Below are positions 1-9,560 of a DNA stretch of 64,000 nt, piece by piece. The notes below the pieces were generated by a model, which saw nothing but the letters and a program-made list of their open reading frames with translations, made no database searches and was not told the DNA's origin. Positions within the stretch are counted from its first letter, which is position 1; the number at the start of each line of letters is the position of its first letter. Position numbers and translations under genes: made by a program. The stretch comes from an uncultured Armatimonadetes bacterium (GTDB lineage: Bacteria; Armatimonadota; UBA5829; DTJY01), in the NCBI GenBank assembly GCA_963717145.1, contig OY970325.1:2624001-2688000 (forward strand). The letters are read 5' to 3'.

Positions 1-24
1 CACTCTGCGGAAATGCACCCGGGA

Positions 25-2100
25 TCACGAGCGGCTGACGATCACCATCGCGGTATCGTCGCGCAGGTTGCCCTGAGCCCAAGTGCTTACCGCGTCGAGT
101 ATGCTCGTCACGAGGGCGTCGGGGGTCTCGCTTCTGCGCTCGATGAGAACCTTCTCCAGCCTCTCCGATCCGAAGAGTTCCTGCTCGTGACGGGCTTCAC
201 TGATCCCGTCCGTGTAGATCACCAGCTTGTCACCGGCGTTCAGAGACGATGCGGAGTCCTCATACTTGTTGCCGACGATGACGCCGATTGGGACGTTGCT
301 CGAGTGGAGCAGCTCCGTCCCGCCGTCGGGATGGCAGATGATCCCCGGAGGGTGCCCCGCGCTGCAGTAGGTGAGTTCGCCGGTCTTCGGATCCAGAACA
401 GCCAGAAATACCGTCACGAACTGCCTGATGCCGATCTGATTCCCGGCGAGGATGGCGTTGGCGTGGCTCAGTGCCCGGCCGGGCGAGGCCAGATCATAGG
501 CAAACGCGTGGACGGTGCTCCGAGTCGCCGCCGCGAGGGCCGCGGCCTCGATCCCCTTGCCCGAGACATCGCCGATCATCAGGGCAACGGACCCGGATTC
601 CGTCTCGAACACGTCGAAGAAGTCGCCGCCTATCTCCTGTCCGACGTATGCCGGGATGTAGACCGACGCGACCTCGCAACATGGGAGATTCGTGGGCGTC
701 GGAGGAAGCAGCGCCCGTTGGAGGAGCTGTACCTGACCCCGCAGTTCTTCTCTCAGCGATACCTCGTCGGTCACGTCATGCATCACGAACAGGTGGCGAC
801 CGGGAAGCATGTTGGTCGCGCCCCGGCATTCGACCGTCCGCACAGAGCCGTCCGGGAGGACCAGTTTGCGTTCGGCCGAGACTGCGCCGGTTCGCTTGAA
901 CTCCGCCCACATTCCGTCGAAATCGAAGCCGGGCTCCATGAAATCGCTGAACTTTCGACCGATAAGCTCGTGCGCCGGGATGCCCAGCATATCGGATGTC
1001 GCCGCATTCGGGTGCAGATAGACGCCCTTATCGTCCATGACGATGATCGCTTCGGTCGTGGAGTCGAACACCGCGCGGAAATAGCTCTCGCTCTCGCCAA
1101 GAGCGTCCACGGCCCGCTTGCGCTCAGCGGCCTCTGTCGTGAGGCTCTCATTGCTCCGGTTCAATTCATCCGCCGTCGTTTGGAGTTCCTCGGCCTGGAC
1201 TCTCAGCTCCTCGGTCTGCACCTGAAGCTCTTCGGTCTGCACCTGAAGCTCTTCGGTCTGCACCTGAAGCTCTTCGGTCTGCACCTGAAGCTCCTCGTTC
1301 GACTCCTGGAGCGCCCTCTCGGCCTCCACGCGGGCGGTGATGTCCCTGGTTACCTTGGCATACCCACACAGCTCGCCGGCATCATCGTAGATGGGCGTGG
1401 TATTTACCTCCGCCCAGAAGGTGGAGCCGTCCTTGCGCACGCGCAATGCCTGCTCCTCATACCGTCCTTCCGTTCGGGCCGACTCGAGCGCGAGTCCGGG
1501 CTTTGCCGCACGGATATCTTTCTGCGTGTAAAAGATGGAGATCGGCCTGCCGATCGCCTCCTCCGCTGTGTAGCCCTTGATGCGCTCCGCTCCTTCATTC
1601 CACGAGCTGATGCGCCCTTCGAGGTCAACCGAGAAGATGGCGTAGTCCTCCACTCCGGACACGAGCAGCCGGAATCGCTCCTCGCTATCTCGGAGGTCGC
1701 GGGCGATGCTCTCGGCCCGACGCTTGGCCTCGCGAATCATGACCGTGGCGAATCCGACGACGGACGTCCCGATCAGATATGCGGCAATGCCCGCCCAACC
1801 ACTGGGCAGTACGACGAGAAGCGTGTGCAGAGGCGGCACGAAGAAGTAGACGAAGGCGAGCAGCCCGAGGATGAACGCGAGGATCGCGGGCCCTGCGCCG
1901 AAGACGTAGGCAACCAGCATGATGACCACGACGTAGGGTATCGGGAACTGACCGAGCGGGAAGAAGCGGTCGATCAGGAGGAGGAGTGCCGTGACGGCGG
2001 CCACCAGGAGGACGGCGGACGGATACCCGATCCATCCGGGCCACTGCTTGTCCGGTGGTCCGCTCCCCGATCTCTGATCAGGGGATTCGCCCACTGCCAT
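25..2100 (-). CDS. Membrane sensor (DUF4118-like) + 2 PAS + SpoIIE/PP2C phosphatase (RsbU-like)
   Basis: N-terminal TM helices; PAS motifs (SWNEGAERIKGY, RVRKDGSTFW); PP2C motifs GGDFFD, IGDVSGKG, YTDGISE, DDTA. ATG at 2100 follows an AAGGAAAAGG RBS. Confidence 0.9.
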   Translation of the reverse strand: MAVGESPDQRSGSGPPDKQWPGWIGYPSAVLLVAAVTALLLLIDRFFPLGQFPIPYVVVIMLVAYVFGAGPAILAFILGLLAFVYFFVPPLHTLLVVLPSGWAGIAAYLIGTSVVGFATVMIREAKRRAESIARDLRDSEERFRLLVSGVEDYAIFSVDLEGRISSWNEGAERIKGYTAEEAIGRPISIFYTQKDIRAAKPGLALESARTEGRYEEQALRVRKDGSTFWAEVNTTPIYDDAGELCGYAKVTRDITARVEAERALQESNEELQVQTEELQVQTEELQVQTEELQVQTEELRVQAEELQTTADELNRSNESLTTEAAERKRAVDALGESESYFRAVFDSTTEAIIVMDDKGVYLHPNAATSDMLGIPAHELIGRKFSDFMEPGFDFDGMWAEFKRTGAVSAERKLVLPDGSVRTVECRGATNMLPGRHLFVMHDVTDEVSLREELRGQVQLLQRALLPPTPTNLPCCEVASVYIPAYVGQEIGGDFFDVFETESGSVALMIGDVSGKGIEAAALAAATRSTVHAFAYDLASPGRALSHANAILAGNQIGIRQFVTVFLAVLDPKTGELTYCSAGHPPGIICHPDGGTELLHSSNVPIGVIVGNKYEDSASSLNAGDKLVIYTDGISEARHEQELFGSERLEKVLIERRSETPDALVTSILDAVSTWAQGNLRDDTAMVIVSRS
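1205..1297. repeat. 21-bp coding tandem repeat (EELQVQT heptads)
   Basis: About 4.4 copies of agctc(c/t)tcggtctgcacctga. Confidence 0.95.
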
Positions 2101-2343
2101 AAACCTTTTCCTTGCCTGGGATCGCGACGCTGACCGGGCGACATTGACGAGCCAGCCTGGCGATGGTACTTTGCGGTAAACCAGCAACCGCACTGACACA
2201 TACTATACACCCACTTTTCCGCCTGTGTCAACGAATTTCCACAAATCCGCGGATTTCTGCGACAAATCGGAGACAAATGAGAAGGGCGGGAAGCCATCCG
2301 GCCTCCCGCCCTCGCTGTACCCACTATTACCGATGCTCTCCAC

Positions 2344-3003
2344 CTACGCGACCAGGTTGCCCCGCGCCGCGATCGTCATCGACGGGGACGACTCGCCCAC
2401 GTCGCTCGCCTTGTTTCCGCGATACTGCACGACGTACATGTAGTCCGAGCCCGCGCCGTCGACCGTGTCCTTGTACGGCGACGCCGCCTGGTAGGCGACC
2501 AGCGAATACGCGGTCTCGCCGGCCTTCTGCCGCCAGATGTTGCAGCCCTTGACGCCGCCGGGCTTGCCGTTCAGCATCTCATTCTGCGGGTTCGTGCCGA
2601 AGTGCACCCAGACCGTGCCCGGCTCCGCCTCCAGGAAGATGCCCGGCACGTCCGGCGGCATCGCGCCCGCCGTGTGCATAGTCGTCCCGCGGACCGGCAG
2701 CCCGAGTTCGCCGCGAATCGCGTCGGTCATCCCGGGCGCGTGCTGGATGCGCTGGACGAACGGGCGGACGATGTCCACGATCTCGGTCTTCTTCACCTTC
2801 TTGTCGTTCGACCCGGCGGTGAGCAGGATCTTCCGATCGTTGTACGTCGTGAGACTGGTGTTGAAGGCGGTGTAGCCGGTCTGCACGGGCAGGAGGTCCG
2901 CCGCGTCGAGACCGAGGTCCACGAGATGAGTGTTCACACCCGTGACCAGGTTGTAAAGCCACGATGCGAGTGCCGCATCGTTTACCGGTAAGTAGTTCGA
3001 CAT
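2344..3003 (-). CDS. Hypothetical protein, helical N-terminus + FN3-like C-terminal beta domain
   Basis: ORF from MSNYLPVNDAAL; C-terminal pattern GCNIWRQ...SPYKD...YMYVVQY...VGESS resembles FN3; hairpin terminator at ~2283-2313. Confidence 0.7.
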   Translation of the reverse strand: MSNYLPVNDAALASWLYNLVTGVNTHLVDLGLDAADLLPVQTGYTAFNTSLTTYNDRKILLTAGSNDKKVKKTEIVDIVRPFVQRIQHAPGMTDAIRGELGLPVRGTTMHTAGAMPPDVPGIFLEAEPGTVWVHFGTNPQNEMLNGKPGGVKGCNIWRQKAGETAYSLVAYQAASPYKDTVDGAGSDYMYVVQYRGNKASDVGESSPSMTIAARGNLVA

Positions 3004-3067
3004 GAGAGATAACCCTTCTGCAACATAGTTTTCGTTCCCTGGGAGCAACATCGATAACGGGCGGGCC

Positions 3068-3214
3068 AACTTTGATTAGGCGGGACCTAACTTTGATTAG
3101 GCGGCGCCTAACTTTGATTAGCCGGCGACTAACTCTAGTTAGCCGGCGCCTAATCAACCTTAGGCCGGACCTAATCGCGATTGGGTGAGGCCTAAGCCCG
3201 CTTGGGCTCAAGCC
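3068..3214. repeat. Seven degenerate 21-bp tandem repeats, intergenic
   Basis: aactttgattaggcgggacct / aactttgattaggcggcgcct / aactttgattagccggcgact / aactctagttagccggcgcct / aatcaaccttaggccggacct / aatcgcgattgggtgaggcct / aagcccgcttgggctcaagcc. Confidence 0.85.
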
Positions 3215-3347
3215 AACTCCGCCCGGTTCGATTGCTCAAGGACCGAGTTGCAATACAAATTGTCGGCAATTGCGGCCGTTTCTGCAGGGGTATGTTTTGA
3301 TAGGACCGATAGCGGGATAGAGATCGGGGATGGGGAGCACAGGGGAT

Positions 3348-3719
3348 TCAGGACAGGTCTTCGATCATGCGGCGGACGGTGTCGATCAACTGAGGAATGT
3401 CGTCACGACAGATGCCGTAGACCTCCCCGGCATCGATATCGAAGTACCCATGGGCCATCGCATCGCGCACTCCTCTGACGCCGGACCAATCGATCTCCGG
3501 GTAACGAGACAGCAAGGCGCCGTCGGTCTTGCGATCGATCTTTCGGAAAGCCTCGCCCACGGCGATCAAGATCATGCAGATCGAATCCAGGCGATCCATT
3601 CCGGCCTCGGAGTGCGAGAAATCCTCTGGGCGTTCGATACCCGCGAACCGACGTGGTATCCTTTCCAAGGCTTCCAGGATGCTCTCCAGTTGCTCGCCGA
3701 GGGGATCTCGATCAGACAT
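3348..3719 (-). CDS. HEPN (DUF86/HepT-like) ribonuclease toxin
   Basis: IAVGEA...YPEIDW...RDAMAHGYFDID contains the HEPN Rx4H motif; overlaps the upstream MNT gene. Confidence 0.9.
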   Translation of the reverse strand: MSDRDPLGEQLESILEALERIPRRFAGIERPEDFSHSEAGMDRLDSICMILIAVGEAFRKIDRKTDGALLSRYPEIDWSGVRGVRDAMAHGYFDIDAGEVYGICRDDIPQLIDTVRRMIEDLS

Positions 3720-4014
3720 AGCGCGCCTCTCGGATGATCCGGGCTCTTAGGCGAGGGTTCATGTCCTCCCGAAGCCGCACGACGTCAACAGGACGTGCGA
3801 GCAAGTCCTCCAGGTCCTGCCTCATCCGCGATACGCGAAAGAGGTTGGGAATGCTCGTGTCGAACACGATGTCCACGTCGCTGTCTTCCCTGGCCTCGCC
3901 GCGCGCGAATGAGCCGAAGATGCCGATGGATCGAAGCCCGTATTCTTCGCCGTGACGTTCCTTGAAGGCCTTCAGCTCGGCCAGCAGGGACTCGCATGTT
4001 GTCGCTTTCTTCAC
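3712..4014 (-). CDS. Minimal nucleotidyltransferase (MntA-like antitoxin)
   Basis: IGIFGSFARGEAREDSDVDI motif; GTG start after GGAGG. Confidence 0.9.
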   Translation of the reverse strand: MKKATTCESLLAELKAFKERHGEEYGLRSIGIFGSFARGEAREDSDVDIVFDTSIPNLFRVSRMRQDLEDLLARPVDVVRLREDMNPRLRARIIREARYV

Positions 4015-4108
4015 GTCGCCGCCTCCGCAATCGCAATGCACCATTATACCACACACTTGCCTGAGTGTTGCAGGCATCCCCTCCCCTATGCTACAGTACC
4101 CCAACGCT

Positions 4109-4231
4109 GTAGGGGCGTGCCTTGTGCCGCCCGTGACCGCATGCCGACGGCGCAACGGCGGTGACGGGCGGCACAAGGCACGCCCCTACGGATTGAACGG
4201 CGGTGACGGGCGGCACAAGGCACGCCCCTAC
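4109..4231. repeat. GTAG-type REP cluster (three arms)
   Basis: GTAGGGGCGTGCCTTGTGCCGCCCGT plus two inverted copies ending CCCCTAC. Confidence 0.85.
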
Positions 4232-4252
4232 GGGTAGGAGAGGTGATTGTTG

Positions 4253-5591
4253 ATGGAGAAACTGGCGATCGATGGGGGACCGAAGGCGAAGACTACGCCG
4301 AATATCCACATGTTTCCCGGCGGGATGGAGATCGGGGACGAGGAGCGCGCGGAGATCATGGAGGTGCTCGACCATAAGTACCTCTTCCGCTACTACGGCC
4401 CGGAGGATTTCCCCTCGAAGGTCCGGCAGTTGGAGGTCGATTTCGCCTCGCTCATCGGCACGAAGTACGCCCTCGCGGTCAACTCGTGCACGTCCGCGCT
4501 GATCTCATCGCTGGTCGCGTGCGGCGTCGGTCCGGGCGACGAGGTCATCGTCCCGGGCTACACGTTCTTCGCGTCGGCGGCGTCGATTCTGGCGGCGAAG
4601 GCGATCCCGATCATCGCGGAGGTGGACGACTCGCTGACCCTCGACCCGGCGGACTTCGAGGCGAAGATCACTCCACAGACGAAAGCGGTCATTCCTGTGC
4701 ACATGCGGGGGGCTCCGTGCGACATGGACTCCGTCATGGCGATCGCGCGGAGGCATGGGATCAAGGTGATCGAGGATGTCGCCCAGGCCTGTGGAGGGTC
4801 ATACCGCTCGGGGATGCGAACATCGAACATCGAACGTCCAACATCCAACTCCGAAATCCCCAATCCGAAATCCCCAATGAGATCTGGGGAGCATCGGGGA
4901 CTGCAATGCGTTCAGCCTCCAGTACCACAAGATCATCACCTCGGGCGAGGGCGGAGTCATCACGACCGACGACGAGCGCCTCTACGACCGCGCTCAGGCC
5001 TATCACGACACGGCGGCGTGCTGGCGGCCCGACCGCTTCGGCCTGCCGAGGTATGAGGGGGAGGTATTCCCCGGGGTCAACTTCCGAATGAGCGAACTTG
5101 CGGGCGCGGTCGCATTGGTCCAGCTCAGGAAGCTCGACGGCCTGCTCGAGGGGATGCGGCGGAACAAGAAGCGGATCAAGGAGCAGATCCTCGACCTCCC
5201 GCTCACGTTCCGGCGGCTGAATGACGCGGAGGGGGACACCGCGATCGCGCTCATCTTCTTCCTGCCGGACAGCACCTTGACCGCGCGCTTCGCTCAGGCG
5301 CTCCAGGCGGAGGGCGTCGCGGCCGCGTGCATCTTCGACAAGGGCATACCCGACTGGCACGTCTACGCGCACTGGAAGCACATCATGGACAAGGTGACCG
5401 CGACCGCCGAGGGGTGTCCGTACACCTGCGCGTACTATGGGAAGAAGGTCGAGTATTCGCCGGACATGTGTCCGAACACGCTCGAACTGCTCTCTCGCTC
5501 GATCCAGATCGACATCCCCCCGCAGATGTCGCCCGAGGACTGCGACATGATCGCGGAGGGGATCCGGAAGGTCGCGGAGGCCATGATCTAG
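4253..5591 (+). CDS. DegT/DnrJ/EryC1/StrS PLP aminotransferase (frameshift ~4882, heptamer insertion)
   Basis: VNSCTSAL, GPGDEVIVP, IEDVAQA, then in another frame GSIGDCNAFSLQYHKIITSGEGG. Confidence 0.85.
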
Positions 5592-8529
5592 AGCCCCAAG
5601 TCTATCGGCGTTATCCACGCGAGGTCGGAGTTGAGCGTGTGCGGGCTTGCGCTCAGCGACCAGATGCCCCGCGCGATGGCGAAATCATTGGTCTGTAGTC
5701 CGTGCCCCGACGCGGTGACACGGACGGGCGACGCCGAGCCGTCGTCAAGCTCGAACTGATCCAAACTAAGCCAGGTGACTCGCCCGGAGGTTGCAAACAG
5801 GTATCTATCCGCCGCCTGGGACCAGACTCCCCCGACCAGGTCCCGGTTGACGATGAGAATCACCTGCGCCGTCTTGTACGACTGGGTGTCGTCCGTCGCG
5901 GAGTTGTTCGCCGCATCGCGAGCCACAACCGTCACCGTGTTCAGGCCCAGCGTCGAGTCCGCGACAATGTCTCCGCTCCAACTGGGGCCGCTTATATGTG
6001 TCAGCTCCGTCTCGTTCGCCGTAACGCTCGTAACGCTCGTCTCGTCGGTAACATCAACCGCCACGTGAACCGCGTCTCCAGCGGCGACCATCGTCGTCGG
6101 GCTGACGGCGACCGAGTTGATGACCGGGGCAAGGCCGTCCGTGATGGTGAATCCGTTCGCCAGCGTTGCAGACTGTGCATCCGGGTTGGTCACGACCACG
6201 TTCCACTGCCCCGCTGCCTTTCCTGTCAGGTTGAAGGTGCAGGTGATCTTGGTCGCGCTGACCACTGTCACGCCAGTCGCCACGATATCGGCCTCCGGCA
6301 ACTTGGTGAGCTTTACGGCAGCACCGGTCTGGAAACGGCTTCCAGCAAGGTTGGTTATGCCAACGCTGCCGGTATTCGCACCTGAGTTCGGCGTTATGCT
6401 CATAACCGTCGGGGGGGCAGTTATGGTGAATCCGTTAGTGAGCGTGCCGGATTGAGCATCGGGGTTCGTAACAACTACATTCCATAGACCCGTGGCTTTC
6501 CCTGTCAAGTTAAACGAGCAGGTGATCTTGGTCGGGGATTCAACCACTACGTTGGTAGCCGTGATGCTGGTCTGGCCGGTCTTCGAGAGCCTGACGTTGG
6601 CTCCGGTCTGGAACCCGTGCCTGCCAGGTTCGCAATATCCACTGAGCCGGTATTGGAGCCGGAGTTTGGGGTGACAGTCGTCACCGTTACCCCGACCGCA
6701 AACACGGCCAAGCCGCCGTTATAGTCGGCGACGTAGGCATATTTGCCAGACACCGCGATACCTTGCGCGTCGCCTTCAGTATCGCATCCTCCCAGAAGCG
6801 TCGGGGATGAAGGGGTTGAGATACTTATGACCTTCAGGCCGGCAGAGCCATCGGCCACATAGGCGTTGCTCCCGGAAAGCACGACACCATAGGCCGTTCC
6901 GTCAGTATCATATTGACCAACCCACGTAGGAGAGATGGGGCTCGAAACGCCTATCACCTGAAGACCGGATGAGCCATCTGCCACATAGGCGTAGTTGCCG
7001 GAAACTGCGACCCCGTATGCCGTGCCGCTGGTATTGTACGTGCCCATGACGGTATAGTTGGGACTAGTGATTATCGCTATCTGCAGTCCGGCTGCAGTAT
7101 CCGCCAGATAAGCATAGCTGTCTGGATAGCCGTTTACAACTGCGACAGCTACAACATGAGTACCCGCTCCCATTACAGAGCTGACTAGAACAGGTGAGGC
7201 AGGATTTGAGACGTTTATTATCCTGAGTCCCCCGTTGTAATCAGCCACATAAGCGTAACTTCCCGAAATGGCGACAGCTCGGGATGAGCCCGGGGTATTG
7301 TACCCGCCGACTCGCGTTGGTGAGGCAGGATTCGAAATGTTGATGATCTGCAGCCCGGAAGATCCGTCGGCAACATAGGCGTAGCTGCCGGAAACAGTGA
7401 CCCCGTAAGCCGTACCGGTGGTATCGTATCCTCCAACAACGGTTGGAGAAGAGGGATTCGTGGTATTGAGGACTCGCAACCCGGCCGTGCCATCAGCGAT
7501 ATATGCGTAGTTCCCCGAGACTGCCACCCCGTACGCCATCGCGCTCGTATCATATCCGCCTGTCGGGACTGGGGCAGAAGGAGTTGAGACATCTATCACC
7601 AGTAGACCAGGCTCCCTATCGGCCACAAAGGCATAGCTTCCCGCGACCGCTACTTCGCATGCCGTGCCGCTGGTATCGTATGCCCCAACCTGGCTGGGAG
7701 CCGCTGGGTTGGAGACGTCAATCACTTGGAGGCCGGCGCTGCCACCTGCAACATAGGCATAGCTTCCCGACACTGCTACATTATATGCCGTGCCGGTGGT
7801 GTCATATCCGCCAGCAAGAGTCGGCAACACCGGGTTGGAGACGTCCACTATCTGCAAACCGCCGCTGTCATCGGCGACATAGGCGTAGTTCCCGGAAACG
7901 ACGGCGTCCTGGGCAAATGTGCTTGTGTCGTATTGCCCCGCAAAGGCCGGAGCAGCGGGGTTCGAGATGTCAATGATCTTCAAACCTCCAAAAAAACCAG
8001 CCGCCACATAAGCATAGTTGCCGGAAACCTCCACGCTGTAGGCTGGATCGCTGTCATCATATGTGCCGACGAGTGTCGGGGAGGCGGGGTTAGAGATATT
8101 CAGCACTCGAAGGCCACCGAAGCCGTCGGCAACATAGGCATATTCTCCTGAGATAGCCACATCACCGGTGCCGTCCTCAGAGCCGAACTGCCCAACTATG
8201 GCTGGCGAGGCCGGATTCGAAATGTCTATGATTCGGAGACCGGCCGTGCTATTCGCAACATAAGCATAGCTCCCCGACACGGCAACGCCTGACACGGTTT
8301 GGGGCAAGACTGCGCTCATACCTAGAAGCAGAGGGTTAGATGGAGTAGATACATCGAGCACGGCCAGGCGATACCCGATTCCCATGTAAGCTCGATTCCC
8401 TGAGATGGCGACAGCAGTGCAGTTTCCACCCCAACCCCACTGCCCTACAGGCGTGACAGCTATGTCCGCCCAAGCCATACCGCCCAGGCACATCACGGCG
8501 AGCGCTGTTACTGCAAGTACCTTCTTCAT
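5588..8529 (-). CDS. Secreted LVIVD-repeat beta-propeller protein with IPT/TIG-like domains (frameshift ~6620)
   Basis: Signal peptide MKKVLAVTALAV; many VAVSGNYAYVADG..GLQIIDVSNP repeats; ITPNSG...WNVVVTNPD repeats in the downstream ORF. Confidence 0.85.
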
Positions 8530-8768
8530 CTTTTCCCCTCCCAACGCATTCAGGTCCGATGAAACGGGACACAAGTAACGATTCCTGTCCATTCTACACG
8601 ATTTGACAGACTTGTCAATGACTTCATGGGGCAAGCGTTTCGATCCGTGCCTGCACTGAGTCAAGAACAGGTATTATTACTGGGGCGAAGATCATCACTT
8701 GATCCGCCTGGCCGTCGGCGCTATACTCTTAGGTGAAGCATCACAGGGGAAGGTGTAGGAGAAATGGA

Positions 8769-9551
8769 ATGAGAGTTGATGTGTGCATCGAGGCGGTATA
8801 TACCGATCTGCCGTTGGTGGAGCGGGCGAAACGGGTACGGGACGCGGGATTCGACGCGATCGAGATCTGGTTCTACGACATGGGCGGCGACAGGAAGATC
8901 GGCGAGCTTGCCGAATACTGCCGCTCGACGGGGATGCTGATCAACAACATCGTCGCCAATTCGCCCGACGGCGGCGTCGGCGGCTCATTGACCGACCCCG
9001 CGGACAGGGGGAAGTACGTCGAACGGGTGAAGGAGACCATCCGCGTGGCGAAGGACATCGGCTGCGAGAAGATGATCACCTGCACTGGCAACCTCCGCGC
9101 GGGCGTCTCGCGGGAGGATCAGCGGCGGAGCGTCGTGGATGGGCTCAAGGCGGCGTGCGAAGTCTGCGAGCCTGAGGGGATCACGCTCCTGCTCGAGGCG
9201 CTCAACACCCTGGTGAACCATCCCGGCTACTTCCTCGATTCGTCCGACGAGGGCGCGGCGATCTGTCGGGAGGTCGGCAGCCCGAACATGAAGCTGCTCT
9301 ACGATGTCTACCACATGCAGATCATGGAGGGGAACGTCATCGCCCGGATCGAGAAGCACCTCGACGTGATCGGCCACTTCCACTCCGCGGGCGTCCCCGG
9401 GCGGCACGAACTCGACGACGGGGAGCTGAACTACCCCGCCATCCTCCGCCGGATCGACGCGCTCGGATACAAGGGCCTCTTCGGCCTCGAGTACTGGCCG
9501 GCACTCCCGGAGGATGAGAGCCTGCGGAGAATGCGGGCACTGACTTCATAG
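8769..9551 (+). CDS. Hydroxypyruvate isomerase family TIM barrel
   Basis: LLEALNTLVNHPGY, LLYDVYHMQIMEGN, PGRHE...GELNY motifs. Confidence 0.88.
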   Translation: MRVDVCIEAVYTDLPLVERAKRVRDAGFDAIEIWFYDMGGDRKIGELAEYCRSTGMLINNIVANSPDGGVGGSLTDPADRGKYVERVKETIRVAKDIGCEKMITCTGNLRAGVSREDQRRSVVDGLKAACEVCEPEGITLLLEALNTLVNHPGYFLDSSDEGAAICREVGSPNMKLLYDVYHMQIMEGNVIARIEKHLDVIGHFHSAGVPGRHELDDGELNYPAILRRIDALGYKGLFGLEYWPALPEDESLRRMRALTS

Positions 9552-9560
9552 AAAGACAAG

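Noticed and set aside
13-2133. Long antisense ORFs (for example 13-2133, 49057-50388, 54978-56291, 43621-45381)
   Set aside because: High-GC shadow frames opposite well-supported genes.
3068-3214. CRISPR array
   Set aside because: Contiguous 21-bp units with no unique spacers and no cas genes.
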